Below are positions 1-11,009 of a stretch of 64,000 nt of DNA, piece by piece; position 1 is the stretch's first letter, and every line of letters starts with the position of its first letter. Position numbers and translations under genes: made by a program. A model generated the notes under the pieces. That model was not told where the DNA came from. It saw only the letters and a list, made by a program, of their open reading frames with translations, and did no database searches. Source of the stretch: Macrostomum lignano (Eukaryota); contig NIVC01000194.1 of NCBI GenBank assembly GCA_002269645.1, forward strand, positions 134,053-198,052. The letters run 5' to 3'.

Positions 1-945
1 CTGTCCCACTGCAACATCACCGGCAGCACCGACCAGTGGCGCAGCTCCCTGGCCAGGCGGCGCTCAAAGACGCGCACCTACGAGCTGGTTGCCATGGATA
101 CTGACACTCTGCGGCCTGGCGAGGGCGACGGCGCCATCGCCGAGGACGACGACGAAGGCGACGAAGAGCCTGTGCCGGCGCCCGGGGCGGCGTCGTCAGC
201 AGCCGCGGCTTCGGCCGGTGGCGACGGCCGCTCGCCGTCATCTTCGTCGTCCACCTCGTCAACCGACAGCGCGTCCACCGTCACCCGCGACACGCCGCTG
301 TCCGCTGCCTCTGCTGGCGCCGCAGCTCCCGCAGCCGCGGTGCCTCATTTGAGCCGCGCGGGGGGAGCCAGTGACCTCTATTTGTACCCCAAGAAGACTA
401 CCAGCAGCCAGGTGGTGAAGCCGGCCGCCATGCGCTCGGCCACCGCTGCCGCCGGCGATGCTGCCGCCTCTGCGTCGGGCCAAGCGCCACCACCGCTGCC
501 ACCGAAGCGACGTGGCCGGACGCTGAGCAGCCACTCGCAGCGCAGCGGTGGCAGCAGTGGGGGCAGCGGCGGCGGCAGCGGCAGCGCTAGCAGCAGCCCG
601 CAGGTGCCGCGCCGCCAGATGAGCGCGGGCGCCACCGCCTCCGCGATCACCGTTGGCGCCACCGGCAGCTTGGAGCGGAGCGCGGCGGCGCCGGCCTCGC
701 TGCCCATCGAGTACGAGACGCTGTCGCGGCCGGCGACGCTGGCGGAGTGGCTCGCCTGCCTGCAGCTCGGCCAGTACACCCAGCTGTTCGAGGCGGCCGG
801 CGTGGCCACCGTGTCGCAGGCGCAGGGCCTGACGGACGCGGAGCTGCAGCGCATCGGGGTGCAGGACCGGGCGCACCGCGAGCGGCTGGCCAGCTACACC
901 TGCCTGCCCGCGGCTCTCAAAGCTGCCGCCGGTAAAAACAGTTGA
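1..945 (+). CDS. 3' coding exon of a SAM-domain protein (5' end lies outside the window)
   Basis: Frame is open from base 1 to TGA at 943-945. A low-complexity Ser/Ala/Gly region is followed by a SAM domain (TLAEWLACLQLGQYTQLFEAAGVATVSQAQGLTDAELQRIGVQDRAHRERL). Confidence 0.8.
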   Translation: MSHCNITGSTDQWRSSLARRRSKTRTYELVAMDTDTLRPGEGDGAIAEDDDEGDEEPVPAPGAASSAAAASAGGDGRSPSSSSSTSSTDSASTVTRDTPLSAASAGAAAPAAAVPHLSRAGGASDLYLYPKKTTSSQVVKPAAMRSATAAAGDAAASASGQAPPPLPPKRRGRTLSSHSQRSGGSSGGSGGGSGSASSSPQVPRRQMSAGATASAITVGATGSLERSAAAPASLPIEYETLSRPATLAEWLACLQLGQYTQLFEAAGVATVSQAQGLTDAELQRIGVQDRAHRERLASYTCLPAALKAAAGKNS

Positions 946-1529
946 ATCACACAAGCAGGGCTCAGTAGCCCTGTGTTGGCAGCACAACTGTTCTCATCGA
1001 AGTCTCACCTTTCTTGTAATCGCTCATATAGGAGATGGATGTTGAGCTTTCTTAGAAAAATCTAGGTTGAGAAAATCCCCGATATAACTCTTCATGTCGC
1101 CTGTTGTTCGCTAGTAATCATGCTTTAAAGTGCAAAGCTATTTTTAGTGCCGCTCAGAAGCCTTGCCGAACAAAGACTGCGCACAATTAGCTACAAAGAC
1201 TCGCCTGGCTCAAACTGTGCTATCTGTCTTTGCCGATGTATCCTGTGTTACTTTGTGCTCAGCTCACTGTGTTCTTTTAATCTGTAAATAGTTCAGTTGT
1301 TGTTTTGTTTTTGTTTTATTTTGAGAGTCTCGCGTCAAAGCTAAATCGCGACTTCACACAAGCCCAGACTTTGTTGAGTGCAAATACAATTGCTGGACTG
1401 TCTCCAGCAGCAGGTCAAATATCTGCTTTAGTGACATTGTGACCGCTCCCATGAACCAGCAACTCGAAACTTTTCAGTTATCAATGTTTTCATTTTCTTT
1501 AACAAGGAAAAAATAAATTAAAATTCTGC

Positions 1530-2055
1530 CCTGGTCTACTCCACTGCGCCTGCTCCACTGCACACCCAGCCTACTCCACTGCATACCCAGTCTGCTCCAC
1601 TGCACACCCAGTCTGCTCCACTGCACACCCAGTCTGCTCCACTGCACACCCAGTCTGCTCCACTGCACACCCAGTCTGCTCCACTGCACACCCAGTCTGC
1701 TCCACTGCACACCCAGTCTGCTCCACTGCACACCCAGTCTACTACACTGCACACCCAGCCTACTCCACTGCACACCCAGCCTACTACACTGCGCACCCAG
1801 TCTACTACACTGCACACCCAGCCTACTCCATTGCACACCCAGTCTGCTCCACTGCACACCCAGCCTACTCCACTGCACACCCCGCTTACTCCACTGCACA
1901 CCCAGTCTACTCCACTGCACACCCAGCCTACTTCACTGCACAGCCAGCCTACTCCACTGCACACCCAGCCTACTCCACTGCACACACAGCCTACTCCATT
2001 GCACACCCAGCCTACTCCACTGCACACCCAGCCTACTCCATTGCACACCCAGTCT
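1530..2055. repeat. 21-bp minisatellite (CCACTGCACACCCAGTCTGCT and variants)
   Basis: Direct tandem repeat; explains the 7-aa periodic ORFs at 1474-2070. Confidence 0.95.
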
Positions 2056-2409
2056 CCCTGCACAGAATGAGTGAGCTTTCCCCCTGACAGAAGTGCAGCT
2101 CTTGCGCCTCAAGTTTAGCCGTCGCTGCAATTTCCGCATTTTAGCGGCCCCCCTGTCGCTCGTAAAATCAGAAACTGCTCTGCTAAGAGCTCCAGCTTTG
2201 AGGCTCCGTCAGCAAGACTGAAATCCAATACAGCTGCGAATGAAGATCCGCAACTGTGGCTGGGCGATGCAAAACAGCCCGAGCACTTCAGCTTTCGCTT
2301 TGTCTCTTTCTTGCCTCCCCTTTTGTCTTCTGCTTTCGCAGAATTATAAATAGCACCTGCCTACTTAGACTCTGGGTACTGAAACACCTGCTGCCTCCCT
2401 CTGCTGCTG

Positions 2410-3080
2410 CAACCCATTCACAATCCAGTTTCAACCCGATCACAATCCAGTTCTAACCCATTCTAATCCAGCTCCAACCCATTTCCAATCCAGTTCTAAC
2501 CCATTTGCAATCCAGCTCCAACCAATTCACAATCCAGCTCCAACCCATTCACAATCCAGTTCTAACCCATTTACAATCCAGCTCCAACCCATTTCCAATC
2601 CAGTTCCAACCCACTCAATCCAGTTTCAACCCGATCACAATCCAGCTCCAACCAATTCACAATCCAGCTCCAACCCATTCACAATCCAGCTCCAACCCAC
2701 TCACAATCCAGTTTCAACCCATTCACAATCCAGTTCCAACCCGATCACAATCCAGTTCCAACTCATTCAAAATCCAGTTTCAACCCGATCACAATCCAGC
2801 TCCAACCAATTCACAATCCAGCTCCAACCCATTCACAATCCAGCTCCAACCCATTTACAATCCAGCTCCAACCCATTCACAATCCAGCTCCAACCCATTT
2901 ACAATCCAGCTCCAACCCATTTACAATCCAGCTCCAACCCATTCACAATCCAGCTCCAACCCATTTACAATCCAGCTCCAACCCATTTACAATCCAGCTC
3001 CAACCCATTTACAATCCAGCTCCAACCCATTCACAATCCAGCTCCAACCCATTTACAATCCAGTTCCAACCAATTCACAG
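2410..3080. repeat. 22-bp minisatellite (AACCCATTCACAATCCAGCTCC)
   Basis: Direct tandem repeat; explains the ORF at 2505-3092. Confidence 0.95.
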
Positions 3081-3537
3081 ATGAAAATATAACTAATTCA
3101 GAATCTTGATCTATTTACAATTTTTAGATCCTGTGTGATTCAAGTGTGGAAATGCGTCAAAGGGAGTGAAACCCAGTCAATTAGTGAGCCAGTTATGTCA
3201 TTTTGAATTCTCTAGAAGGTAAAAATGAAAACAATTTTCTTAATTTGGCAAAGCCATACCAGACGTAAAAAGCAAATCTGATATTTAACACTTGAAATTC
3301 AGCGGGCGAGACTTCTCTCCTTTCCACTCTCTCTCTCTTTCTCTCTCTCACAGCTGCATGTACACCGCAGCAGTGCACTCACCGAGTGCGCTGACTCTGT
3401 AACCAAGGTCGCGCAGTTGATTGTACGCGCGCCCATTTTTGAAACAAGCTGGCCATGTCTAAAAATAGACTCGGTGCGCAGCTCTTGTCAATACGAAACT
3501 TGGACGGGGCTCTGGGCGTTGCTTATTAGGGCTGTAG

Positions 3538-5322
3538 GTGAGGGCTCGCACTGCACTGCTCAGCTGTAGCCCCAGCACTGAATCGCGCTCTGAGGCGATG
3601 GTCTCGGAGGCTGCGAGATCTCTGCGCGCTCTGGAAGAGGCCAAGCCGCCTTCAGAAGCTGGTCGGGGTGACCGAGTGAGCAACTACGACGATGCAGGGC
3701 CTCTGGAGTTTGTGAGTCAAGCGGCGGCTGCTGATGATGCAGCGGCGGAAGAAGAAACTACAGGAGAAGCAGAAGCAGAAGCAGCAATTCCAGAAGCTGC
3801 AATTCCAGAAGCAGAAATTCCAGAAGCTGCAATTCCAGAAGCAGCAATTCCAGAAGCAGCGATTCCAGAAGCAGGAATTCCAGAAGCAGGAATTCCAGAA
3901 GCAGTAATTCCAGAAGCAGCAATTCCAGAAGCAGCAATTCCAGAAGCAGGAATTTCAGAAGCTGCAATTCCAGAAGCAGCAATTCCAGAAGCAGCAATTC
4001 CAGAAGCAGCAATTCCAGAAGCAGCAATTCCAGAAGCAGCAATTCCAGAAGCAGCAATTCCAGAAGCAGCAATTCCAGAAGCAGCAATTCCAGAGGCTAC
4101 AGCAGAGGCTGAGCCGGCGGGCCTGGACCCGCTGCTAGTGGAATTCGACAGCGGCGGTCGCAGCTGCCTGGCCCGCTTCGACAAGGCCGCCTTCGACCGT
4201 GCGTTCGGCGCCCACCTGCCCAGCCTCTTCCAGGCGGGCGGCGTCAGCGCTCACCTACGCGACAAGATGCGGGCGCTGCTCGAGGCGTCGCCAGCCGGCG
4301 CGCTGCCCTACGAGTTCTCGCTGCTGTTCAGCTCGACTGAGAGGCGCCAAGTATGCGACCTGCGCGCCGCGGCCTGCCTGGATTATTACCTCGACCGCTT
4401 CGCGTCCTCTTTCCGCGACCTGCCCAGCTCGATCAGAATCGGCGAGTGCGGCATCTGCTTCGCCGAGAGCGTCCTGGTGCGCCAGCGCCGCTGCTGCCGC
4501 CTCCTGGGCTGCTCCGCCTGCCTGGCCGACCACACGCGCTTCGCCCTGGCCAGGGGCCGGCCGTACGTGGGCTGTCCGAGCTGTCCGGTCCTGTTGTCTC
4601 GCGACGAGATTCGCCTGCTGTGCCTGCGCGGCCGGCCGGAATTGCTGCATCGGTACAACCAGCTGCTGGCCGACGCCGAGCGCCTGCCGGACGCAAAGAC
4701 TTGCCCGGACTGCGGCCACGTCTGCCGCCGCGACCCGGACAGAGGGGTCAACGACGTCGAGTGCGAGGCCTGCGGCTTTGCCTGGTGCTTCGCCTGCCAC
4801 GGGCCGCGCCACCCGGGCCGCCGGTGTCCGGACTCGGCCGACTCGGACGGCCAGCTGCTGACCGCCTGGAGCCGCGAGATGCGCCCGGACCCGGACATGG
4901 AGGCCGCCGGGGTCGCCGAGAGTCGTCGGGCGCGCCACTGTCCGGAGTGCCGGGCGCTGATCGAGCGGAACGGCGGCTGCCGCTATGTGAGCTGCACGGT
5001 GTGCCGCACCGAGTTCTGCTACCTGTGCGGCAAGCGGCTCGTGCAGGAGGGCCGCTACTTCGGCCTGCTGCCCAGGCGGCTGCTGGGCGGCCACAGCTCC
5101 CGGCTCAGCGTGTTCGGCTGCAGCGCCGAGTTCCTGCCCGACCGGCCGCGCCTTCGCCGCGCGATCCGTCGAGGCCTACTCGGCGTCGGCATCGGCGGCG
5201 CTGTCATCGTCGCCCTCGCCGCCTCGCCGCTGCTGCTGCTCGCCAGCCCCGTGTGGGCACCAGTGCTGGCTGTCAAGGAGAGGCGGCGGCGCCGGCAGCT
5301 GGGAGAGCAGAGACTGCCATGA
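3538..5322 (+). CDS. RNF217: RBR (RING1-IBR-RING2) E3 ubiquitin ligase with C-terminal membrane anchor, RNF217-like
   Basis: RING1 CGIC...CC...CSAC...CPSC; IBR CPDC...CEACGFAWCFACH; RING2 CPECRALIERNGGCRYVSCTVCRTEFCYLC. The following GHSSRLSVFGC..FLPDRPRLRR plus hydrophobic tail resembles RNF217. The true start is probably ATG 3598 (the track starts at GTG 3538). Confidence 0.85.
   Translation: MRARTALLSCSPSTESRSEAMVSEAARSLRALEEAKPPSEAGRGDRVSNYDDAGPLEFVSQAAAADDAAAEEETTGEAEAEAAIPEAAIPEAEIPEAAIPEAAIPEAAIPEAGIPEAGIPEAVIPEAAIPEAAIPEAGISEAAIPEAAIPEAAIPEAAIPEAAIPEAAIPEAAIPEAAIPEAAIPEATAEAEPAGLDPLLVEFDSGGRSCLARFDKAAFDRAFGAHLPSLFQAGGVSAHLRDKMRALLEASPAGALPYEFSLLFSSTERRQVCDLRAAACLDYYLDRFASSFRDLPSSIRIGECGICFAESVLVRQRRCCRLLGCSACLADHTRFALARGRPYVGCPSCPVLLSRDEIRLLCLRGRPELLHRYNQLLADAERLPDAKTCPDCGHVCRRDPDRGVNDVECEACGFAWCFACHGPRHPGRRCPDSADSDGQLLTAWSREMRPDPDMEAAGVAESRRARHCPECRALIERNGGCRYVSCTVCRTEFCYLCGKRLVQEGRYFGLLPRRLLGGHSSRLSVFGCSAEFLPDRPRLRRAIRRGLLGVGIGGAVIVALAASPLLLLASPVWAPVLAVKERRRRRQLGEQRLP
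3760..4095 (+). repeat. 15-bp in-frame tandem repeat (GAAGCAGCAATTCCA = EAAIP) inside the RBR ORF
   Basis: About 21 units, frame preserved. Confidence 0.95.
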
Positions 5323-5417
5323 CTCTGTCGGAGCATCGGGGATATCCGGCAGTACATTTTGTCCGATTTTTTTACTTTATTTTTCTTTGATTGGCCAAAC
5401 TATTTTTTTGCGGTCTG

Positions 5418-5930
5418 TGGTAGGTCTGGCTGGGGAATAGATAAGGCTGGGGGTCTGGTTGGGGGTAGGTCTGGCTGGGGGTAAGTCTGAATGGGGTAGG
5501 TCTGGCTGGGGTAGGTCTGACTGGGGTAGGTCTGGCTAGGGGTCTGGCTGGGGGTAGGTCTGGATGGGGGTTTGGCTGGGGATAGATATGGCTGGGGGCC
5601 TGGCTGGGGGTCTGGCTGGGGATAGATATGGCTGGGGGTCTGGCTGGGGGTCTGGCTGGGGATAGATATGGCTGGGGGTCTGGCTGAGGGGTAGGTCTGG
5701 ATGGGGGTAGGTCTTGCTGGGGGTAGGTCTGGATGGGGGTAGGTCTGGCTGGGGGTAGGTCTGGATGGGGTAGGTCTTGCTGGGGGTAGGTCTGGATGGG
5801 GGTAGGTCTGGCTGGGGGTAGGTCTGGATGGGGTAGGTCTTGCTGGGGGTAGGTCTGAGGTCTGGATGGGGGTAGGTCTTGCTGGGGGTAGGTCTGGATA
5901 TGTCTGGCTGGGGGTAGGTCTGGATGGGGT
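5418..5930. repeat. G-rich ~16-bp minisatellite (GGGGGTAGGTCTGGCT)
   Basis: Direct tandem repeat just 3' of the RBR stop. Confidence 0.9.
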
Positions 5931-7288
5931 AGGCACTATACTGCAGGGTACGCGCAAGATGAAGAATCCAGAAAAGATTATCACTAATTCGATTAATTAA
6001 TGTATTTTATTACCCGTAATGCTGCCGACTTAATTACCAATGCAATTACTTTGCTTCATCTGATATCCAGCCCTGTATCAGGGGACTCAATACACGTGCA
6101 CAGCTCATTTAAGCATAACTTGGCTCTCGTCTGTCGCTTAGAGGCAGTGAATGCGTTGATTTATGAAAATGCTGAAAACTTTCATAGAACTTTTCCCCGC
6201 GAAATTGTCCTCCCTCTTAAATCCCAATCCAGGGCGGGAGACTGGGGTGTCAGACTGGCAATTCTGACTTCCGCCTCGTCATCAGCTGACACTCCAACCC
6301 AGCTCACCTGTGCCCATTGAGCTCGCGATGGAGCCCCGCAAAGTGCTGCAGGACTGCAGGATGGGAATTAGATAGTGCCAGACTCCCTGGACATCGATTC
6401 CTGATGCAGCCCCGTCCAGCCTCTTCACAAAATCGGCTCAAGTCCGGGACGCGGCCATCCCATTGTTCTCCGATTAGCTTTTATCGGGCGATCAGACTGA
6501 AACTTCTGGATTACCATGGCTGCAGATGAAGAGCTCGCGGAACCGGAAGTCGCCCGGGGGTCCAGGCCATGTGTGATTTTACGGGAAGAGAGTTGGTTGC
6601 GGTGAGCACCGGTAGGACTCGGGAGCCTGCGCTGAGCTGCCCCGATGGTCCCAGGCAGACGGACTGGTTGAAGCAGTTCTAAAAATAAAACCTGCAATTC
6701 AGCTTCCAGCCCCGAAGCTGCCATGGAATCTTGGCTTTGACTGCGGCATTGCGAGGCAAAACAAGCTTGGGAGCAGTGGGCAAAGCCAAGGAAGATAATG
6801 AGGGGGAGGCAGCTCAAACACTGGCCCGTGATCTCGAATAAAACTCTTTTGTTTGCCCTACAAGCATCGCTGGCCTGCTCTCGTTGACAGAGTTGCCAGT
6901 CTGCTGTAATTCCCTCCGCATTCTGGGGCCCAGAAGCCTGTTGGGCCCTGCCAACCTTCCCCGGCTCCCCATGCCTGCAGTGCCAGCCGCCTGTTCGCCC
7001 TGCTCCGTGGAGTCTCCATGGAGACGCGACGCCTCGAGCCCGGGGCGAGGAGGGCCGATTGAAACGCGTCAAAGGTTGAGCAACTGCTGAATTATTTACT
7101 TCTCCCATTGTGAATATTTTGCGCTGTATAATCCTCGCTGTGGGAGTGGGGGGGGGGCGACGGCCCCGCGGCAGCTTCAACCTCTTTGACACGGCCAGGC
7201 CAGAGCCGGCGGGAATTCCAGAAACGAAGAAGCAGCAGTGAAAGCAGCAGCTTCCCCCAGAGCGTCAGCGCCTGTCAGTCAAAGGGCT

Positions 7289-7536
7289 GGGGCGGATTTG
7301 CTCGGGGCGGGCGCGCCTCACCTGCACTGGCCGGTGCCGGGCCGGCGCAGCCAATGCGAGCCGGGCAGCCCGGCCTCCATAAAGTCGGGCACCCGCGGCT
7401 CCGACGCGGCCTTCCTTGCGCACCCCGTTGAGCAATTCGCCTCAAGCCCCGGACTCCTGAACCGCTTGGAAACTCCTGCCTCATTGTCGGTGACTCGTCA
7501 TCGTCCTGCAGCAACAACAGAGCTACCCGGGTGAGT
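7289..7536 (+). promoter_or_regulatory. Putative promoter and non-coding first exon of the neuropeptide gene
   Basis: GC boxes (GGGGCGG at ~7289 and ~7304), CCAAT at 7351, TATA-like CATAAAG at 7378, strong donor CCGG|GTGAGT at 7530/7531, and a matching acceptor TTTTGCAG at 8715 located 24 nt before ATG 8740. Confidence 0.45.
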
Positions 7537-8739
7537 CTGGGAGCTGCTTGGCCTCAGCGGCGCGGGGGGGGGGGGGCGCAGGCCCAATTAGTCAGGACTA
7601 CTTCCTTGCAACCGCATGGAGCGCCAGGAAGAACTATGCAGCCCATTGTGCTGCATAGTTGGAAAATTCGTCACGCATTTGGTCCATTGTTTCTGTTAGA
7701 GCATTGGCCTTCATCAATTTGATGAGGCAGCGTAGGCAGCTGCGGTCTCCGGTTCCTGTTGCCGGAACGGGTCGGGGTCCACATTGGGGGGGGGGGTCCC
7801 TGACCTCCCAGACAACATTTTTTGCGATTCTTCTTCAGACTGCTCTCGTCTGACGCATGGTCCCCGAGGAATTATTTGCTTCCACCGGATAATCCTCACC
7901 AGGCTGCAGGCGCTCTCACCTGTATTTTTCATGATCACAGATTTTCCCCGATCTCTTTTGCCTCTGGGAGAGGCCCCGTCGACTTCATACGGAATAAGTC
8001 AGCACCTGCTTTTGGAGTGAGCTGACCGGTGATGTAGCTTACACGCCCTTGAGCAGCCAGCTTCCTTCATCTCAGATGACGAGCCGTGGGGGGGGCAGCT
8101 GCCAGCCGGGCTGATGAGGCCGATGAGAAGCGGCGATAACCAGCCGGGCCGGGCGCTCATCACTTTTTCTCTTTATCGATCCGGCAGCCTCGGACAAGGA
8201 AGAATTGGAGACAGGATTAGATATTCCCTGTTATCCCTTCATCCCCGTGCCTTTCATATTCATGCTTTTTCCTCTAGCTCTGAAAAGTTGAGAAGTTCTC
8301 CTTTGATGCCTCGTAATTTTCAAGAGTCGAGGCTGAGCTGTTCTCTACCCCCCCCCCCAGCCATGGAAAGGGTCGTGTATGCATCTTTGAGTTTCCAAGT
8401 GCCTTCGCATCGGCATTGTCTTCCCCACCATTGTCTGCTGCTTCTGCCGCTTGTCAGTCACAGCTTCACCTCGGAGACAGTGGCGCCCGTTCGCGCGGGA
8501 ATCTCCGAGGAAATTTTCTTAGGCCTTGCTTCAGAGTGACTGACGCCTCTTTAAGTATTCCCACCTGTGAAGGGATTCATTCCCCAGCCAGCTGGTGGCC
8601 GAGAAGGAACCCAAGGCCTCAGGATGGGGGGCTAAAACTGCCTGAAACTGAGAGCTGCAATCAGGCAATGCCTGTATGGTACAGTGCACGGTCCAAGCAT
8701 GTTCCAATTTTGCAGAACACTCAAGCCCAGACCGACAAC

Positions 8740-9121
8740 ATGAACGGAATCCTGTCGGCCCTGCTGTTCGCCACCGTCTGCCTTGTCTGCCTTGACTCGG
8801 CAACCGCCCGAGCCCGCAGTGAGTTCGCCCCGCGATTCGATTCCCTAACCCCTAACCCGTAACCCTAACCCTAACCTTACTGCTGTTCCAGTGGCGAATC
8901 CCGCGGCGGCCGAGCTGGGCGCGGAGGGCCACTCCGGCCACCAGATCTTTCGGCTGAAGAAGGGCTACCACTTCTTCCGCCTGAAGAAGCCGTCGCCCTC
9001 GGAGCAGGAGGTCTGCGCCATTGACGCCGCCACAGCGCAGGCCCTCGGAGCCGTTGCGGTGAGACTGCTGCCGGCATGCGTCATGGGGCCCAGAAAGAAA
9101 ATCAAATCCAGTCAATCATAG
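8740..9121 (+). CDS. Secreted neuropeptide prohormone (signal peptide + GHSGHQIFRL-KK + GYHFFRL-KK)
   Basis: Exon 8740-8818 (MNGILSALLFATVCLVCLDSATARAR, hydrophobic signal), phase-1 GT-AG intron 8819-8891, exon from 8892 in matching phase. Two related xxxFRL peptides are each followed by a KK cleavage site. The C-terminus is uncertain (possible further donor GTGAGA at 9059). Confidence 0.85.
8843..8880. repeat. Short interstitial telomere-like (CCCTAA)n tract inside a 73-nt intron
   Basis: CCCTAA CCCCTAA CCCGTAA CCCTAA CCCTAA CCTTAC. Confidence 0.85.
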
Positions 9122-11009
9122 CCTAATTGGCAGTTATGAAGCAGGCTGTCACGCAGATGGGGATTAAGGAAATTCGCGCGTGAATTCGGATTAGTTTGGA
9201 ATTAGAGGGGCGTGGAACCGGTGACTAAAAGGGAATTGATGGACGTTGCGTGAGTGCTACTCGAACGCCTCCACCGGGAACAACGAATTTGCAGAGAGCC
9301 GCTCACGAGGGTCGACTGTGCGATGAGGATCGCGAGATGCTGCGCGGCTTCTTGGGCGCCCTGTTTCCATAGAGACCGCGGCCCTCTGGACTTTGGACTT
9401 TGCACCTAAATGAACAAGACAAATGCGCACTGCCAGTGTGAAATCCGAGTAACCAGTTTACTGATTTATTATCAAAGCAAATCGTGCCGCATTGAACATC
9501 TTTGTGACGCTGGGTTGGAGAAATAAACTGAAATGATTATACTGGCCCCTTGGTATCGCATGAGTTGGCATGCATCCCTTTAAAAAGCCACGTGTTTTAT
9601 GAGCTACTTTACTTGGCTTGATTCCAAGCAAACTCAAATTTCTTCTTTGTTCCCAGGTGTTTTGCTTCATGCAATTCAATATGCTTATCATGTGCTTGTC
9701 ATGTGTGCTTGTCAACCGTTGGTAATATTAAACATTTCTGCTTGGAGGGGCCGTGTGCAAGAAGGCGGCTTGAGATTTTCTAGATGAGCAGGATTTCTAG
9801 AGCCACTGCACGATAAAATGTTTGCACCTGCAAGTTCTGCAATTGGAAATTCAGCTACAATTCTTCGTACATCAGCAGCGGCTAGAGCGCACGGCCCCAT
9901 CCCCCTATCAGCCACGCGCATTTCAATTCCCATTAATTTCCAGAGTCGCTTATCGGCAGAGCTGCAGACTTTTGTATAAGTAGGGAGCCAGTTCGATTAA
10001 TGCTGATTTATGGCTATCGGATCCATGAAGGCTAAAACTACAGCTAGCATCGTAAAGGGCATCGATCCCCAACCCAACGTTAGCTTTAATTTGATTGATA
10101 AATGCTAATTTATAAAAATGACACGGAAATAGCAGAGGTTTTAAAAAACAGAAACTGGAAGCCAGATTCTAACAATTAATTGATGGATAGGTTTCTCTCA
10201 TACGTTTTATTAATTCGATCATCTTGGTTGCAATTCGGGCCTTTATGTAGTCACGTAAGAACAGGCAACCGCAACCGTTTTTGTGATATACAATACCTAC
10301 GCGAGATACAGTAACACCATTCACACGTACTGCACAGCAGGCAGTAGCCCTCGTTTATTCTAAAATATGTCATCTGTGAATTATCAACCCAAACTGGAAA
10401 TAATTAGTTCCTTCAATCATAATACCTAGCGCTAAACTGCTTACCAGTAAAATGACAGAACTTAATTCTGAGTGAAGATCAGATAAAGGACAAATTTCTA
10501 CTTAGAATTTTACTACGACAACCGGTAAATCTTCCAGCGATGCAGCATTAACTTAGATTTCTCAATTTGACTTACTATTCACCCTGGACTTTTCCTGCAG
10601 CTTAAATCTGTTCTCAGCAGACGGATTATCCGTTTAATCTAACCATAATTGGATTCTAGGAAAAGTTGCGCCAACTTAAACTTAGCCACAACACTCCGAT
10701 CTTGAAAGGCCCGCTGCCTTCTCGCAAATAGCTAATAATTGTTATTTTATACTTATTAGTTAAAGCTGTTTGTGAATAGGATTTCGTGGATGTTTGATTA
10801 TTATTCTTCATAAAAAAAGTCAAAACTCTACATTTTGGGTCAAAGCTATTTTTTACCACTGGAATGGAATCATGCCCTTAGCGTGGCTTGGGTGGCCAAA
10901 GGCCTTTTTGGCTTTGGCGAGACGATGAATAATAATTTTTTTTGTTAAATAATATATGAATAGGAAAACTTGCTGAAAAGTTATGAATTAAAAAATTTGC
11001 AAAATAGTC

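Noticed and set aside
1474-3092. Periodic ORFs of 148-195 aa
   Set aside because: Translations of 21- and 22-bp tandem repeats, open on several frames and strands.
6425-7192. 255-aa minus-strand ORF
   Set aside because: No recognisable domain, no host-like codon bias and no splice context; likely a chance ORF in GC-rich regulatory DNA.
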